Below are positions 29,528-38,462 of a DNA stretch of 64,000 bases, piece by piece. This DNA is from an uncultured Alphaproteobacteria bacterium (lineage in GTDB: Bacteria > Pseudomonadota > Alphaproteobacteria > Rhizobiales > Rhodomicrobiaceae), in the NCBI GenBank assembly GCA_963772335.1, contig CAVYXF010000001.1, forward strand, positions 1,271,853 to 1,335,852. The letters are read 5' to 3'. The translations under genes and the position numbers were made by a program. Below the pieces are notes generated by a model that saw nothing but the letters and a program-made list of their open reading frames with translations, made no database searches and was not told where the DNA came from. The number at the start of each line of letters is the position of its first letter. Position 1 is the stretch's first letter.

Positions 29528-31150
29528 TCACCGATCTGGCTTGAAGGCGAATTTCTGTTCGGGCCCGGTAACACTCGCAGGAACCGTAATGGTCATTCGG
29601 GGCTCATCGGCACCGCCGGTGAACGTTACCGTCGCGCCATATGTCTCCGAAAACAGCGATAGCGGCGGATCGTACAGCAGATAGGTGTTCTGCGCATTGC
29701 CGCCCGCGGGCGGTCGCAGCTCCGAGTTGATTTCGCCTGTATCCAGAACGAGGCGGTCACCCCGCAACGACAGCGACACCTCCCCCAGCTCGGCATTGTC
29801 ATAGCGGCCCAGATAGGGCGCGACTGCGGCAGGTTCGACCTTGCCCAGCGTTCGGGGTGAACGGGCGGCCGCCAAGGCTTTGGCCTGCGTCATCATCTGC
29901 GCGTCGATCTCGGCAGGTTGGTCGAAGAGGAGCTCGAACAGCCGTAGCTCCACGGCGAATTGAAAGCCGAGCGGAATTGGAGAGAGCGAGATCGCGTTGA
30001 TGAGGATGACGATCCCCAACCGGGCGTCTGGCAGGAAGGCGATCTCGGAGGCATATCCCCCCGTCCCTCCGGCATGGCTGACGATGCGCAGGCCGCGATA
30101 CGCGCCATTCGACCAGCCGAGGCCGTAGCGCGTCATGGTCGCCGCCATCTCCGGCGGGCCACCGTAGAAGTTGGGCACCGACACTCCCGGCGCCCAGGTC
30201 GCCTTCAGGTTTTCGGCCGACACAACCCGTGTGCCTCCGGGTGCAATGCCGCGAGCCAACTCGGTCTGCAGGTAACGCGCCATTTCCCGCGCGCTCGACC
30301 AGAGCGCGCCCGCGGGTCGATAGGGCAGCAGGACGTGCTCGGCTGCCAGCGGCAGCGGTCGCAACGCTCCGGAGAGGTCGGCGGCGTGCGGCAGGGCATA
30401 GTCGCCGTCCGCCAGTACGGTCTCCGGACCGAAGGTGGAGCGCTCCATCCCAATCGGACCGAGGACACGCTCGCGCAGCGCCAGGTCATAGCCGAGGCCA
30501 AGGTCGCCCCCGCCACCGCCGTTCGTCACGCCGAGCGCATAGCCGCCACTGCTGATGAGCAGGTTGTTATAGATGAACTGTTCGCCATAGCCGGCGGTGG
30601 GCTTCACGTGGGCCAGTGCTGTCACTACGCTTTCGGGCGTCAGGCTTTTGAAATAGCTATTGAGATTCAAGCTGGGGATCCCCGAGCAGTTGCAGAACGC
30701 ATCGCGGATCGTCAGCCGCTTGGTGAGCGCCGGATCGCCGACGGCGAAGTCGGGGAGCAGGTCGACGAGGCGGGTCTCCCAAGCGAGGCGGCCGTCATCG
30801 ACAAGCGTGCCAGCCAGCATGGTGGTCATCGACTTGGTGATGGAGCCGATCATCATCAGCGTATCGGGCGTGACCGGCCGTGTGCCGCCGAGCTTTTTCA
30901 CGCCAAAGCCGTTGAGGTAAACAAGATCCCCGTTCTGCACCACCGCGACCGCCGCGCCGGGCACGTCAAACCGATAGAGCGCATCAGCAACATAGGCCTG
31001 GAATGCGGCTCGGCGCTTTCCGGTGAGCGGCAGTGGCGTGGCGCCGGTCAGATCGGGGCGCGAAGCCGGCTGCGCCACTGGCTGAGCGCCGTGGGCCGGT
31101 GCTCCAGTCGTGAGCGAAAACAGAACGGCGATGATGACAAGGATCGGCAA
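29528..31150 (-). CDS. Serine hydrolase, beta-lactamase/PBP-related family (class C-like) with C-terminal extra domain
   Basis: Signal peptide; SxxK (SITKSM), YxN (YNN) and an HxG-type third motif; 540 aa. Confidence 0.7.
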   Translation of the reverse strand: MPILVIIAVLFSLTTGAPAHGAQPVAQPASRPDLTGATPLPLTGKRRAAFQAYVADALYRFDVPGAAVAVVQNGDLVYLNGFGVKKLGGTRPVTPDTLMMIGSITKSMTTMLAGTLVDDGRLAWETRLVDLLPDFAVGDPALTKRLTIRDAFCNCSGIPSLNLNSYFKSLTPESVVTALAHVKPTAGYGEQFIYNNLLISSGGYALGVTNGGGGGDLGLGYDLALRERVLGPIGMERSTFGPETVLADGDYALPHAADLSGALRPLPLAAEHVLLPYRPAGALWSSAREMARYLQTELARGIAPGGTRVVSAENLKATWAPGVSVPNFYGGPPEMAATMTRYGLGWSNGAYRGLRIVSHAGGTGGYASEIAFLPDARLGIVILINAISLSPIPLGFQFAVELRLFELLFDQPAEIDAQMMTQAKALAAARSPRTLGKVEPAAVAPYLGRYDNAELGEVSLSLRGDRLVLDTGEINSELRPPAGGNAQNTYLLYDPPLSLFSETYGATVTFTGGADEPRMTITVPASVTGPEQKFAFKPDR

Positions 31151-31405
31151 GTGCAGGGCGCTCCTCTTGACGTGGGTAGGCGTGCACTCTCACCAGCGGT
31201 CAGATAACGTCATCGATGGGGCAAAGGTGCCATCTCCGCGCGAATTCCAGATCCTCGTCGGTCCAGAATAGGTCCGGTTCGAAGCGTGGAAACTTGCGCA
31301 ATGCGCTGGCCGGCGGACCTCCGGCTCTCCTCGGCTCGGACCATCATCGCATTGCTATGCCGGACTCCAAACAACACAGCATCTCTTGGCGAAGGGCGTG
31401 CAAAC

Positions 31406-32596
31406 CTACTTAGGCGAAGCCTCTAGCCCCCGTCCGTCAGTACGGGTACCGGGCTCCTCGGTGCTAAGGCTATAGAGCTTGTTCAAGAGCACGTCGAAAC
31501 CGCCGGCGCCGCCGGCATGCAGATCGATGCGGCCGACCTTCTCCACCAGCTTCTCCAGCGCCTCCAGCTCCTTGAGCCGCAGCAGGAGGGGATTGTTCTC
31601 CATCAGCTTGGCGGTGTTGAGCAGCGAGCGTGTCGCAGCGGTCTCCTCCTGGCGGCGGATCAGATTGGCCTTGGCGACGCGCTCGGCCTCGACCACCTTG
31701 TTGAGGAGGTCGCGCACATCGCCGGGGAGGATCACGTCCTTCACCCCGATCTCGCCGACCTCGGCGCCGAGCGCCTTCGCGCGGTCCTCGACAAAGGCGC
31801 GCACCTCCTGGTCGATGGTGTCGCGCGCGGCGAGGATGTCGTCGAGGGTGCGCGTTGCCACCGCCTCGCGGATGGCGAACTGCACCAGCCGGTAGAGCGT
31901 GTTCGCAAGATCGGCGGTGCTGGTCGCCGCGCGCACGGCATCGGTCACCCGGTAGAAGGCGGTGAGCGTGACGCGGATCGACACCCGATCCTTGGTCAGG
32001 ATCTCCTGCGCCGTCACCTCCAGAGGCTGAGGCCGCAGATCGATCTTCTGCAAGCGCACCACGCGGCCGACCTGCCAGAAGCCGTAGCGCCCTGGGCCGA
32101 GCTGTTCCTTCAGCGCACCGTCGACGATGAGGAGCGCGGCCTCATGCGGCTCGACCACGGCGCTGACGGCAATGGTGGTGCGCGCAAGATCGATCTTGTC
32201 CATATGCGCCTTGGAGATGCGCATATCCTGCGCCGTGTCGATCATCTCGACATCGACTTTGGTGAGCGTCTTCCAGAACACGCGGGTGGTGTTGGGCAGC
32301 ACGAGGTGCTTGGGGTCACCGTCGAAGAAGACGAGCGCCACCTCGTTCGCTCCGGCCTGAACGATGGCGAAATTCTTCTCGGCCAGCCCCGGATTGGTGC
32401 GTGCGAGCAAAAGCGCCTTCTCGGCCGGGATCTCGGCGCGCAGCACCTTCACCACCTCGACGGAGAGCTCGCGGAAAAAATCGAAGACCGAATGCTTGCC
32501 CGGCTCGAGCAGCTTCGTGAAGCGCCCGTTGCGCGTCAGCAGCCCGCGCTCATCGTCCTTGATCACCACCTCGAACCAGAAACCACGCCTGGTCAT
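31406..32596 (-). CDS. SPFH/band-7 (slipin/stomatin-like) domain protein lacking an obvious N-terminal TM, with an N-terminal partial-duplicate beta region
   Basis: EILTKDRVSIRVTLTAFYRVTD and the coiled-coil tail are typical of SPFH. I see no hydrophobic N-terminal helix. Confidence 0.65.
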   Translation of the reverse strand: MTRRGFWFEVVIKDDERGLLTRNGRFTKLLEPGKHSVFDFFRELSVEVVKVLRAEIPAEKALLLARTNPGLAEKNFAIVQAGANEVALVFFDGDPKHLVLPNTTRVFWKTLTKVDVEMIDTAQDMRISKAHMDKIDLARTTIAVSAVVEPHEAALLIVDGALKEQLGPGRYGFWQVGRVVRLQKIDLRPQPLEVTAQEILTKDRVSIRVTLTAFYRVTDAVRAATSTADLANTLYRLVQFAIREAVATRTLDDILAARDTIDQEVRAFVEDRAKALGAEVGEIGVKDVILPGDVRDLLNKVVEAERVAKANLIRRQEETAATRSLLNTAKLMENNPLLLRLKELEALEKLVEKVGRIDLHAGGAGGFDVLLNKLYSLSTEEPGTRTDGRGLEASPK

Positions 32597-32902
32597 TATG
32601 CATCCCCTCGTATTCTTCTATGCCCCTCGTCTCGCACATGCCGCCCGAACGGCAGGTTGCCGGCCACCGCCCGACACTGAGGACGCGGGCCGAAGCTTGA
32701 GCCGCGCCGCTTGGCCGTCTGCACCGGGTTGCGGCCATGACCCGCCCGCAGGCAGATCATGCCGGTGCCCGGGCTCGGGCTTTGCGTGCGCGGCGGTATC
32801 CGCCCCGGCACAGAGCGCCTTAGCGCCTGCCTCTCCCCACCCTTTGGCCGAAGCCTCCAGGCGGCGAGCGGCTGGGAAGCGGCCGGCTCCCCGTATGCAG
32901 TT

Positions 32903-32975
32903 GGCTTTGACCTGGGAGTCGAACCCAGTACCCAAGGAACCTAAATCCTTTGCTCTACCCAATGAGCTAGTCGTT
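32903..32975 (-). tRNA. Degenerate tRNA-like element A: D-arm, anticodon arm (loop UUUAGGU, anticodon UAG) with short variable loop, T-arm and 3' acceptor strand present. The 5' acceptor strand is missing/mismatched; it abuts the CCA of element B.
   Basis: Reverse complement reads ...TAGCTCATTGGGTAGAGCA AAGGA TTTAGGT TCCTT GGGTA CTGGG TTCGACT CCCAG GTCAAAGC CAA. The expected 5' strand CTTTGAC is replaced by CAACGAC. Confidence 0.3.
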
Positions 32976-33046
32976 GGTGCAGTTAAAGGGAATCGAACCC
33001 TCGACCTCCGGCGAAACAGGCGCTCTACCACTGAGCTATAACCGCG
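32976..33046 (-). tRNA. Degenerate tRNA-Ala-like element B: 7-bp acceptor stem with G3:U70, D-arm, T-arm and encoded CCA, but the anticodon arm is collapsed to a 14-nt unpaired stretch
   Basis: Reverse complement GCGGTTA TA GCTC AGTGGTA GAGC GCCTGTTTCGCCGG AGGTC GAGGG TTCGATT CCCTT TAACTGC A CCA. No complementary pair for an anticodon stem exists. Confidence 0.35.
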
Positions 33047-33321
33047 GGATCCCCGCTTAACGCGGAACACGCCGCCGCAGACCGGCGCGCGCCAGCTGGG
33101 TCTCAGCGAGCCCTCGCCCATGCGTCATGCAGGGAGGCCAGCCATAGCACAGTTCTCCCGCTTCATGCAGCGCTGGCGATAGCTTGGGTGATGGCTTCGC
33201 AAGCTGGCGAAACCTGCCGGAGCAGCCGACCGTTGTCCCCGAAGGCGTCCCGCGCTATGGCCATCGGCGAAAGGGCGGCAAGACGCCCTCTTTTAGGCCT
33301 CCTCGCGATCCTGGAGTTTAG

Positions 33322-34284
33322 ATGCCAGCTCTCATTGCCAAGATAGTCCGGGCTATGCTCGGCGCATTGATGCTGATCGTCCTCCACCATCCTGCCAATG
33401 GGCAGGATAAGGGCGATGCGGACAAGCTCCGCGCGCTCGCCCTCGAGCTCGTCAATAAGGCACGGGCCGAGCATAAGCTGCCGCCACTCAAGTTCGGCAA
33501 GGACATCAACGAGGCTGCCAAGATGCATGCGGCCGACATGCTGCGCCGGGACTACTTCGCGCATCAATCGCCGGAGGGCAAGAACGTCCAGGACCGCTAT
33601 CTCAAGGCCGGCGGCAGCCGCTGGCGGCTCACGGCGGAGAACATCGCGTATTGCAAGGGCTGCGATTTGAGCACGGCTACGCTGGAGCAGCTGCAGCGCG
33701 GCTGGATGAACAGCAAAGGCCACCGCGAGAACATCCTGCGCAAGGGGCTGACCGAGTTCGGCTTCAGCATGGTGACGGAGCCCGGCCATCCGGTCTATGC
33801 GGTGCAGACTTTCCTTGGGCCCGGAATTCCGAACGGCCTTGGCGCGAATGAGAAGGCCAAGCGCCTCTCCGATGCCGAGCTGGCGGGGAAGGCGCTCGAT
33901 GCGTTCAACACGGTGCGCAAGCAGGCCGGCCATCCTGCGCTCGCTCAGAGCCCGGCTTTGGACAAGGCGGCGCAGTCGCTTTTACCGAAGAAGAACATGG
34001 AGGACTTCGATCTGTCGAAGATGGGGAAGCTGACGGAGGCGCTTTCCGCGGCCGAGCGCGGCAACTGGCAAAAGCTCACCATGCTGGCTGCGGCCTGCGG
34101 TGGCTGCGGCGCAGAGCCTACGGGTGCGGATGTGCGCTCGTTCGTCCAGCAATGGCTCGACAAGCCACAGAACAAGGAGATGGTGCTCAATCAGGGCGCG
34201 ACGCATCTCGGATTTGCGCTCGCGGCGAGCGGCAAGGGCGAGAAGATCGCGCTCGCTGTGATCGGCAAAAAGCAAGAGAAGTGA
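33322..34284 (+). CDS. Secreted CAP/SCP (PR-1-like) superfamily protein, apparently two tandem CAP domains
   Basis: Signal peptide. YFAHQSPEGK ... ENIAYCKG ... GHRENIL in the first half, and a weaker repeat in the second half. Confidence 0.6.
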   Translation: MPALIAKIVRAMLGALMLIVLHHPANGQDKGDADKLRALALELVNKARAEHKLPPLKFGKDINEAAKMHAADMLRRDYFAHQSPEGKNVQDRYLKAGGSRWRLTAENIAYCKGCDLSTATLEQLQRGWMNSKGHRENILRKGLTEFGFSMVTEPGHPVYAVQTFLGPGIPNGLGANEKAKRLSDAELAGKALDAFNTVRKQAGHPALAQSPALDKAAQSLLPKKNMEDFDLSKMGKLTEALSAAERGNWQKLTMLAAACGGCGAEPTGADVRSFVQQWLDKPQNKEMVLNQGATHLGFALAASGKGEKIALAVIGKKQEK

Positions 34285-34593
34285 CGCGTTGGAATATTGG
34301 TCCGGTGAGGCGATTTGGGTGCCCAACCCTGGCGCTTCCCTGCTGGTCGTGCTGAAAGCCCCTCACCCGGCTCGGCTAACGCCTCGCCGCCCTCTCCCAC
34401 AAGGGGAGAGAGCTACTCCTGTCGCATGGATGAGCAGCGGTAATTGCGCAGCGATAAATCCTCTCTGCGTTGCAGTTGGCCACTGAGATCTTCATGGGCA
34501 CGGCGTGCCCTCTCCCCTTGCGGGAGGGCGACCGCGAAGCGGTCGGGTGAGGGGGTTTTGTGGTCCGCCTTCTGCAGAGCCGGCGAGACCGCG

Positions 34594-35340
34594 CTAACCA
34601 CGCGCCTCGAGTAATCGGTTCAGCGTCTCGATTGTCGAGTGGTCGGCGCGGCCACTCACCAGCGCCGGGCGGAAATGGCGCTGAAACGCCGTAACGACCA
34701 GCTCGGTGGCTTCATCGAACACGCCGGTCGCTTCGCTGCGATAACCGTAAGCCGAGAGCCGCTGCTGCAGGCGCTCAACCTCCAAACCCTCATCGCCTGC
34801 GCCAAAGCCCGCGTCGCCCTCGATCCGCGCCGGTTCGACCCAGCGGCCGATGCCGACGCCGGCCAGCCGTCCCCAGTCGAATTTTTCGCCGGGATCGCGC
34901 TTGCGCCAGGGCGCCACATCGGAATGCGCCAGCACATGCTCTGGGCGGATGCGATGCCGGCCGACAATATCGAGGCAGAGCGCCTCCACGGCCCGCATCT
35001 GCTCTTCCGGGAAGTTGGGGTAACCGAGGCCGTGGCCGGGATTGTGGATCTCGATGCCGATCGAGGCCGAGTTGATGTCGGTCTCGCCGGCCCAATAGGC
35101 ATCCCCCGCATGCCAGGCGCGCATCGCCTCGCTGACCATCTGCGTGATTCGCCCCGCCTCATCGATCAGATAGTGGCAGGAGACGCCCGAATCCGCGACG
35201 CAGAGCCAGCTCAGCGCCCGCTCCGCGCTCTCCATTCCCGTGTAGTGGAGCAGCAGAATGTATGGCCGCAGGCCCTCGCGCCGCGGCTCGAAATTCACCG
35301 CCGGGTGGCAGATGGCCGGAAGGAAGGTGTCGGGCTGCAT
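34594..35340 (-). CDS. N-acetylmuramoyl-L-alanine amidase (AmpD/PGRP family 2) with C-terminal peptidoglycan-binding domain
   Basis: LLHYTGM ... HYLIDEAG ... RAWHAG ... NSASIGIEI ... HSD Zn-amidase motifs, plus a PG-binding-1 like tail (LQQRLSAYGY). Confidence 0.75.
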   Translation of the reverse strand: MQPDTFLPAICHPAVNFEPRREGLRPYILLLHYTGMESAERALSWLCVADSGVSCHYLIDEAGRITQMVSEAMRAWHAGDAYWAGETDINSASIGIEIHNPGHGLGYPNFPEEQMRAVEALCLDIVGRHRIRPEHVLAHSDVAPWRKRDPGEKFDWGRLAGVGIGRWVEPARIEGDAGFGAGDEGLEVERLQQRLSAYGYRSEATGVFDEATELVVTAFQRHFRPALVSGRADHSTIETLNRLLEARG

Positions 35341-35532
35341 AGCAAGGCCTATCGCCCGGCAAGGTGACGAACAGATGACATGGGCTACAGCGCGGTCACC
35401 TCAAGCGGAAATGTTTCATACGGCACAGCAACTCCTCTCCCGAAGGCGAACGTTTTATCGTTCGCCGTAAAGGCTCACGATGGAGAGGGTAAGACCGTGC
35501 CAGATCAAGCGTCTCATCTCGTCTGATCGCCC

Positions 35533-36246
35533 TCAGAGACCGCGCTCCCTGCGGATTTCGGCATAGGCTTCGTTGATCGCGGCGATCTTGCGAGTGGCGA
35601 TGTTGATGAATTCCTGCGGCATGCCGCGGGCGATCAGCCTGTCGGGGTGATTGTCCTGAACGAGCCTATGATAGTGGCGGCGGATATCTTCGTCCGACAC
35701 TTCCGGGGCAACGCCCAGCACCTGATATGGGCTGGTCCGCTCGGCAGGGATATGCCGGGCGAGGATGTAGCGGAACTCAGCCTCGCCTATGCCGAAATGC
35801 TTGGCAACAGCCGCGAGGTAGTCGCGCTCCGCCGCGCCAAGATTCTGGTCGGCTTCGGCGATGTGAAACAAACCTTCCAGGATGTTGTGCAGCATCTCCG
35901 GATCGTTCTTAAACAGGCCGGCAAGCTGCTTGGCATAGGATTCAAATCCGGCAATATCCTGCTTGGCCAGATCGAACACGCGGGCAACATTGTGCGCCTC
36001 GCTGTCCGGGACTTTGAACACCTCCTTGAACGCGCGCACCTCGTTCCGTGTGACCTGGCCGTCGGCCTTGGCCATCTTCGCGCCGAGCGCGATCACGCCG
36101 ATGGTAAAGGCGACCTGCTTGTCGGGCTCGGCATCATTCTCGCGGTCAACGATGAGATGTCCGGCGACGCCACCGACCAGCGCGCCGATCGGTCCCCCGA
36201 CCGCCAGCCCTGCCGCCGCACCCGCCAGCTTTCCCCAAATCGACAT
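35533..36246 (-). CDS. djlA: DjlA-like co-chaperone: N-terminal TM, TerB-like domain, C-terminal J domain
   Basis: C-terminal J-domain YQVLGVAPEVSDEDIRRHYHRLVQDNHPDR. The N-terminal region is glycine-rich hydrophobic. Confidence 0.6.
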   Translation of the reverse strand: MSIWGKLAGAAAGLAVGGPIGALVGGVAGHLIVDRENDAEPDKQVAFTIGVIALGAKMAKADGQVTRNEVRAFKEVFKVPDSEAHNVARVFDLAKQDIAGFESYAKQLAGLFKNDPEMLHNILEGLFHIAEADQNLGAAERDYLAAVAKHFGIGEAEFRYILARHIPAERTSPYQVLGVAPEVSDEDIRRHYHRLVQDNHPDRLIARGMPQEFINIATRKIAAINEAYAEIRRERGL

Positions 36247-36618
36247 AGCCGCACCTTACCGTGATTTTTGCCGATTGCACCGCTAAAAATGGGATGATTT
36301 TCGAAAGCTAGACCGCGCGGGACCCAGGTTTGGGGAGCCGTGCCCCGCACAGCTGATGCAGCCTTGCGGCGCCGGCGCTCCAATTTCTCAGGCCGTCGTA
36401 CAAATACTTGCCGAAACGCGGAACCATGTCACACTCACACCATTTCTTCCGCGCGTCAAAGAAGTGCGTTGGGGAATGAATTGGGGGGTCAGCCGCAAGG
36501 GGGCGGTTCTGGGGGCAATGATCGCCGGGGTGTTCAAGAGTTCCAAGTAAAAAACGCCAGCGCTCTATCGTAAGCGATCCGGAATTGCAATGCGCCTGAC
36601 AGGTCATGGAGTTGAGAT

Positions 36619-36963
36619 ATGCAGTTCCTGAATCAGCTTCTGAATTTCCTGCAGCAGGGCATCGCCGCGATTTTCAGCTTCATCCGGTCGATCTGGGCCT
36701 GGTCGGACGCCCAGATCCGTGCCGTGCCCTGGGATCATCTAAGCGCATTGCCGATCTGGAAAATCGTCCTGCTGATCATCGTCGCGGCGCTGATTATCTA
36801 TCTGGTCTATCAGGCGCTGCGAGAGCTGCTCGAGGCAGGGCAGAGGGCGCTTGCCGCCTTCGCGACGCTGCTGTCGGTGTTCGTGCAGACGCTGGTTCCC
36901 GTGCTGCTCGCCGGCATCACCGCTGCCGTCGGCGCCTGGATCGTCAACAATGTAAGCTTTTGA
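36619..36963 (+). CDS. Small hypothetical membrane protein (2-3 TM)
   Basis: ORF with hydrophobic helices. No motif. Confidence 0.35.
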   Translation: MQFLNQLLNFLQQGIAAIFSFIRSIWAWSDAQIRAVPWDHLSALPIWKIVLLIIVAALIIYLVYQALRELLEAGQRALAAFATLLSVFVQTLVPVLLAGITAAVGAWIVNNVSF

Positions 36964-37062
36964 TCGCAGGTAGTAGCGGTCCCGCTCACCGAGAGCAAAT
37001 GCCACTGCTTCTGTGCCATCCTATGTTATTGCTTTCGCGAAGCAATTCGAAGGAAGCAAAAC

Positions 37063-37995
37063 ATGCAACGAGCCGTGCGGCTTGAGACTTCGCTTTCGGG
37101 CACGCAGCGCCGGGCGGAGCTGGAAGGCCTTGCGCTCGGCTTTGCCGGCGTGGTGATCTTCGGGCTCACTTTGCCGATGATGCGCGTTGCGCTGACCGGG
37201 CTCGATCCATATTTCGTGGGCATCGGCCGTGCCATTCCGGCCGCTTGCGTGGCCGCGCTGTTACTCGCCGTAACGCGCCAGCCCTTCCCGCCGCGCACGA
37301 GCTGGCCGCAGCTCGCGATCATTAGCCTGGGCGTGATCTTCGGCTTTCCGCTGCTCGCGACGCTGGCGATGCAATATGTGCCCTCCGCTCATGGCGGGGT
37401 CGTGCTGGCGATGCTGCCGCTCGCGACCGCCATGGCGGGCGCCGCCATCGCAGGGGAGCGGCCTTCGCTTGGCTTCTGGCTGACGGGAATTGCCGGCTCG
37501 GTAGCCGTACTCGTCTTCTCGGTGATGGAGGCGGGCCATGTTGCCGCTATCGGCTGGGGCGATCTCCTGCTCATCGCTTCGGTCGCCTGCGCAGCGATCG
37601 GCTATGCCGTGAGCGGCGTGCTCGCGCGGCAGATCGGCGGCTGGCAGGTGGTCTCCTGGGCATTGGTGCTGTCGAGCCCCGCGGTCGTGCTCACGACCTT
37701 CTTGCTTTCCGGACCGATCAACTGGCACGCTCCGGCGGAAGCCTGGGCCGCCTATGCCTATCTGTCCCTGATGAGCCAGTATTTCGGTTTCTTCTTCTGG
37801 AATCGCGGCATGGTACTGGCGGGCGTCGCCAAGACCGGACAGGTGCAGCTCCTGCAACCCTTCGTCACGCTCTCCGCCTCGGCGCTGCTGCTGGGCGAGA
37901 TGGTTGGCTGGCGACATCTCATCTTCGCGCTGATCGTCGTCGGTTTGGTGGCGCTCGGAAGACAGATGCGTGTGGCAAGGAGGAGAAGCACATGA
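37063..37995 (+). CDS. DMT superfamily (EamA-like) transporter, 10 TM
   Basis: Two EamA repeats, 310 aa. Confidence 0.75.
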   Translation: MQRAVRLETSLSGTQRRAELEGLALGFAGVVIFGLTLPMMRVALTGLDPYFVGIGRAIPAACVAALLLAVTRQPFPPRTSWPQLAIISLGVIFGFPLLATLAMQYVPSAHGGVVLAMLPLATAMAGAAIAGERPSLGFWLTGIAGSVAVLVFSVMEAGHVAAIGWGDLLLIASVACAAIGYAVSGVLARQIGGWQVVSWALVLSSPAVVLTTFLLSGPINWHAPAEAWAAYAYLSLMSQYFGFFFWNRGMVLAGVAKTGQVQLLQPFVTLSASALLLGEMVGWRHLIFALIVVGLVALGRQMRVARRRST

Positions 37996-38438
37996 GCGCG
38001 CCCAATCCACGCGCAGCATTCGGAGAGCGCGCCGACTACCGCCATTTCCTCCTCATCCCGACCCGCTGGATGGACAACGACGTCTATGGCCATGTCAACA
38101 ACGTGGTCTACTATTCCTATTTCGATACGGTGGTGAACCGTTACCTGATCGAGGCAGGGGCGCTCGATTTCGTGCACAGCCCGGTCATCGGCCTAGTGGT
38201 GGAGACGAGCTGTCGCTACGGCAAGTCGCTCACCTTCCCCGATATGGTGACGGCGGGGCTTCGCGTTGCCCGCCTCGGCACCAGCTCGGTGCGCTACGAG
38301 ATCAGCCTCTTCCGCGAAGACGATAATGAAGCGGCCGCCGAAGGCCATTTCATCCATGTCTATGTCGATCGCGCGAGCCGCCGTCCGGTCCCGCTGCCGG
38401 ATGAGCTACGGCGGGCGCTGGCGCCGCTGGTGGTTTAG
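37992..38438 (+). CDS. Hotdog-fold acyl-CoA thioesterase (YbgC/4HBT-like)
   Basis: 148 aa. DNDVYGHVNNVVYYSYFDT, the thioesterase catalytic region. Overlaps the DMT gene by 4 nt. Confidence 0.7.
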   Translation: MSAPNPRAAFGERADYRHFLLIPTRWMDNDVYGHVNNVVYYSYFDTVVNRYLIEAGALDFVHSPVIGLVVETSCRYGKSLTFPDMVTAGLRVARLGTSSVRYEISLFREDDNEAAAEGHFIHVYVDRASRRPVPLPDELRRALAPLVV

Positions 38439-38462
38439 TCGGACTGGCGCTGCTCGCAACGG

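Noticed and set aside
29960-31207. 415-aa + ORF over the beta-lactamase-family gene
   Set aside because: Antisense. The sense strand has the SxxK/YxN motifs and a signal peptide.
31517-32680. 387-aa + ORF over the SPFH gene
   Set aside because: Antisense shadow ORF.
32903-33046. Calling the two tRNA-like elements functional tRNA-Leu(UAG)/tRNA-Ala genes
   Set aside because: Element A lacks a pairable 5' acceptor strand and has a class-I body with a Leu anticodon. Element B has no anticodon stem. Reported only as degenerate tRNA-like elements pending tool verification.
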